The notes beneath the pieces were generated by a model. That model saw only the letters and a list, made by a program, of their open reading frames with translations, did no database searches and was not told the origin of the DNA. From Balanoglossus misakiensis (Eukaryota; Animalia; Hemichordata): a DNA stretch of 64,000 nt. The stretch covers positions 14,137,834 to 14,201,833 of the forward strand of contig CM082579.2 in NCBI GenBank assembly GCA_040954595.2, given 5' to 3'. This document shows, piece by piece, positions 63,666-64,000 of the stretch. The position numbers and the translations under genes were made by a program. Numbering within the stretch: position 1 is the first letter of the stretch; each line of letters opens with the position of its first letter.

Positions 63666-64000
63666 GTGAGTATCTACAATTTGGAGAGAAAGTAAGATGT
63701 ATGGGTTTGTACAATGTAAGTGTCTTATACATGTATATTTGACACTGAAATCATATATTGTACAATCAGTCATTGGTAAATGTCTGCTATTCATGACACA
63801 AATAAAAAAACAGTCAAACCTGTGTGAGTGGCCACCTCTATTAGGCAGCCACCTCTATATAGTGGCCACTTTATTCTAGTCCCTATGCAATTTACATCTA
63901 CATTAATTGACTTTTCTACAAGGTATAATTTCTACAAGGTATAATGGCCACCTATCTATAAAGGCCAGTTTAGAAAAGTCCCTTCACTAGCCACAATAGA

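Larger units (their letters stand above)
60600..64000 (+). repeat. Tandem duplicate (offset ~5.16 kb) of the EGF region starting at 55441, internally rearranged
   Basis: 60600-62488 is near-identical to 55441-57330; 63618-64000 matches ~59208-59577. Confidence 0.93.

Overview
AT-rich eukaryotic (spliced, invertebrate-animal-like) DNA at the edge of a satellite block; there is no prokaryotic content. Positions 1-~23280 are a 78-bp tandem satellite with higher-order structure, and all ORFs there are artefacts. The remainder is a duplication- and TE-rich zone. It holds two tandem pseudogenised copies of internal MED25 exons, two tandem copies of degenerate calcium-binding EGF exons, and many non-autonomous elements. 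The centrepiece is a complete 11,096-bp CACTA/EnSpm-type (CMC) DNA transposon (34066-45161; 14-bp TIR, TT TSD confirmed by an empty paralogous site in the window). It encodes a spliced DDE transposase head-to-head with a 7-exon BEN-domain protein gene. The shared ~440-bp promoter has two inverted Staf/ZNF143-type sites, transposase intron 1 has a long hairpin, and the ends carry asymmetric 150-bp and 200-bp subterminal arrays. All protein identities come from motif recognition by eye, not from database searches.
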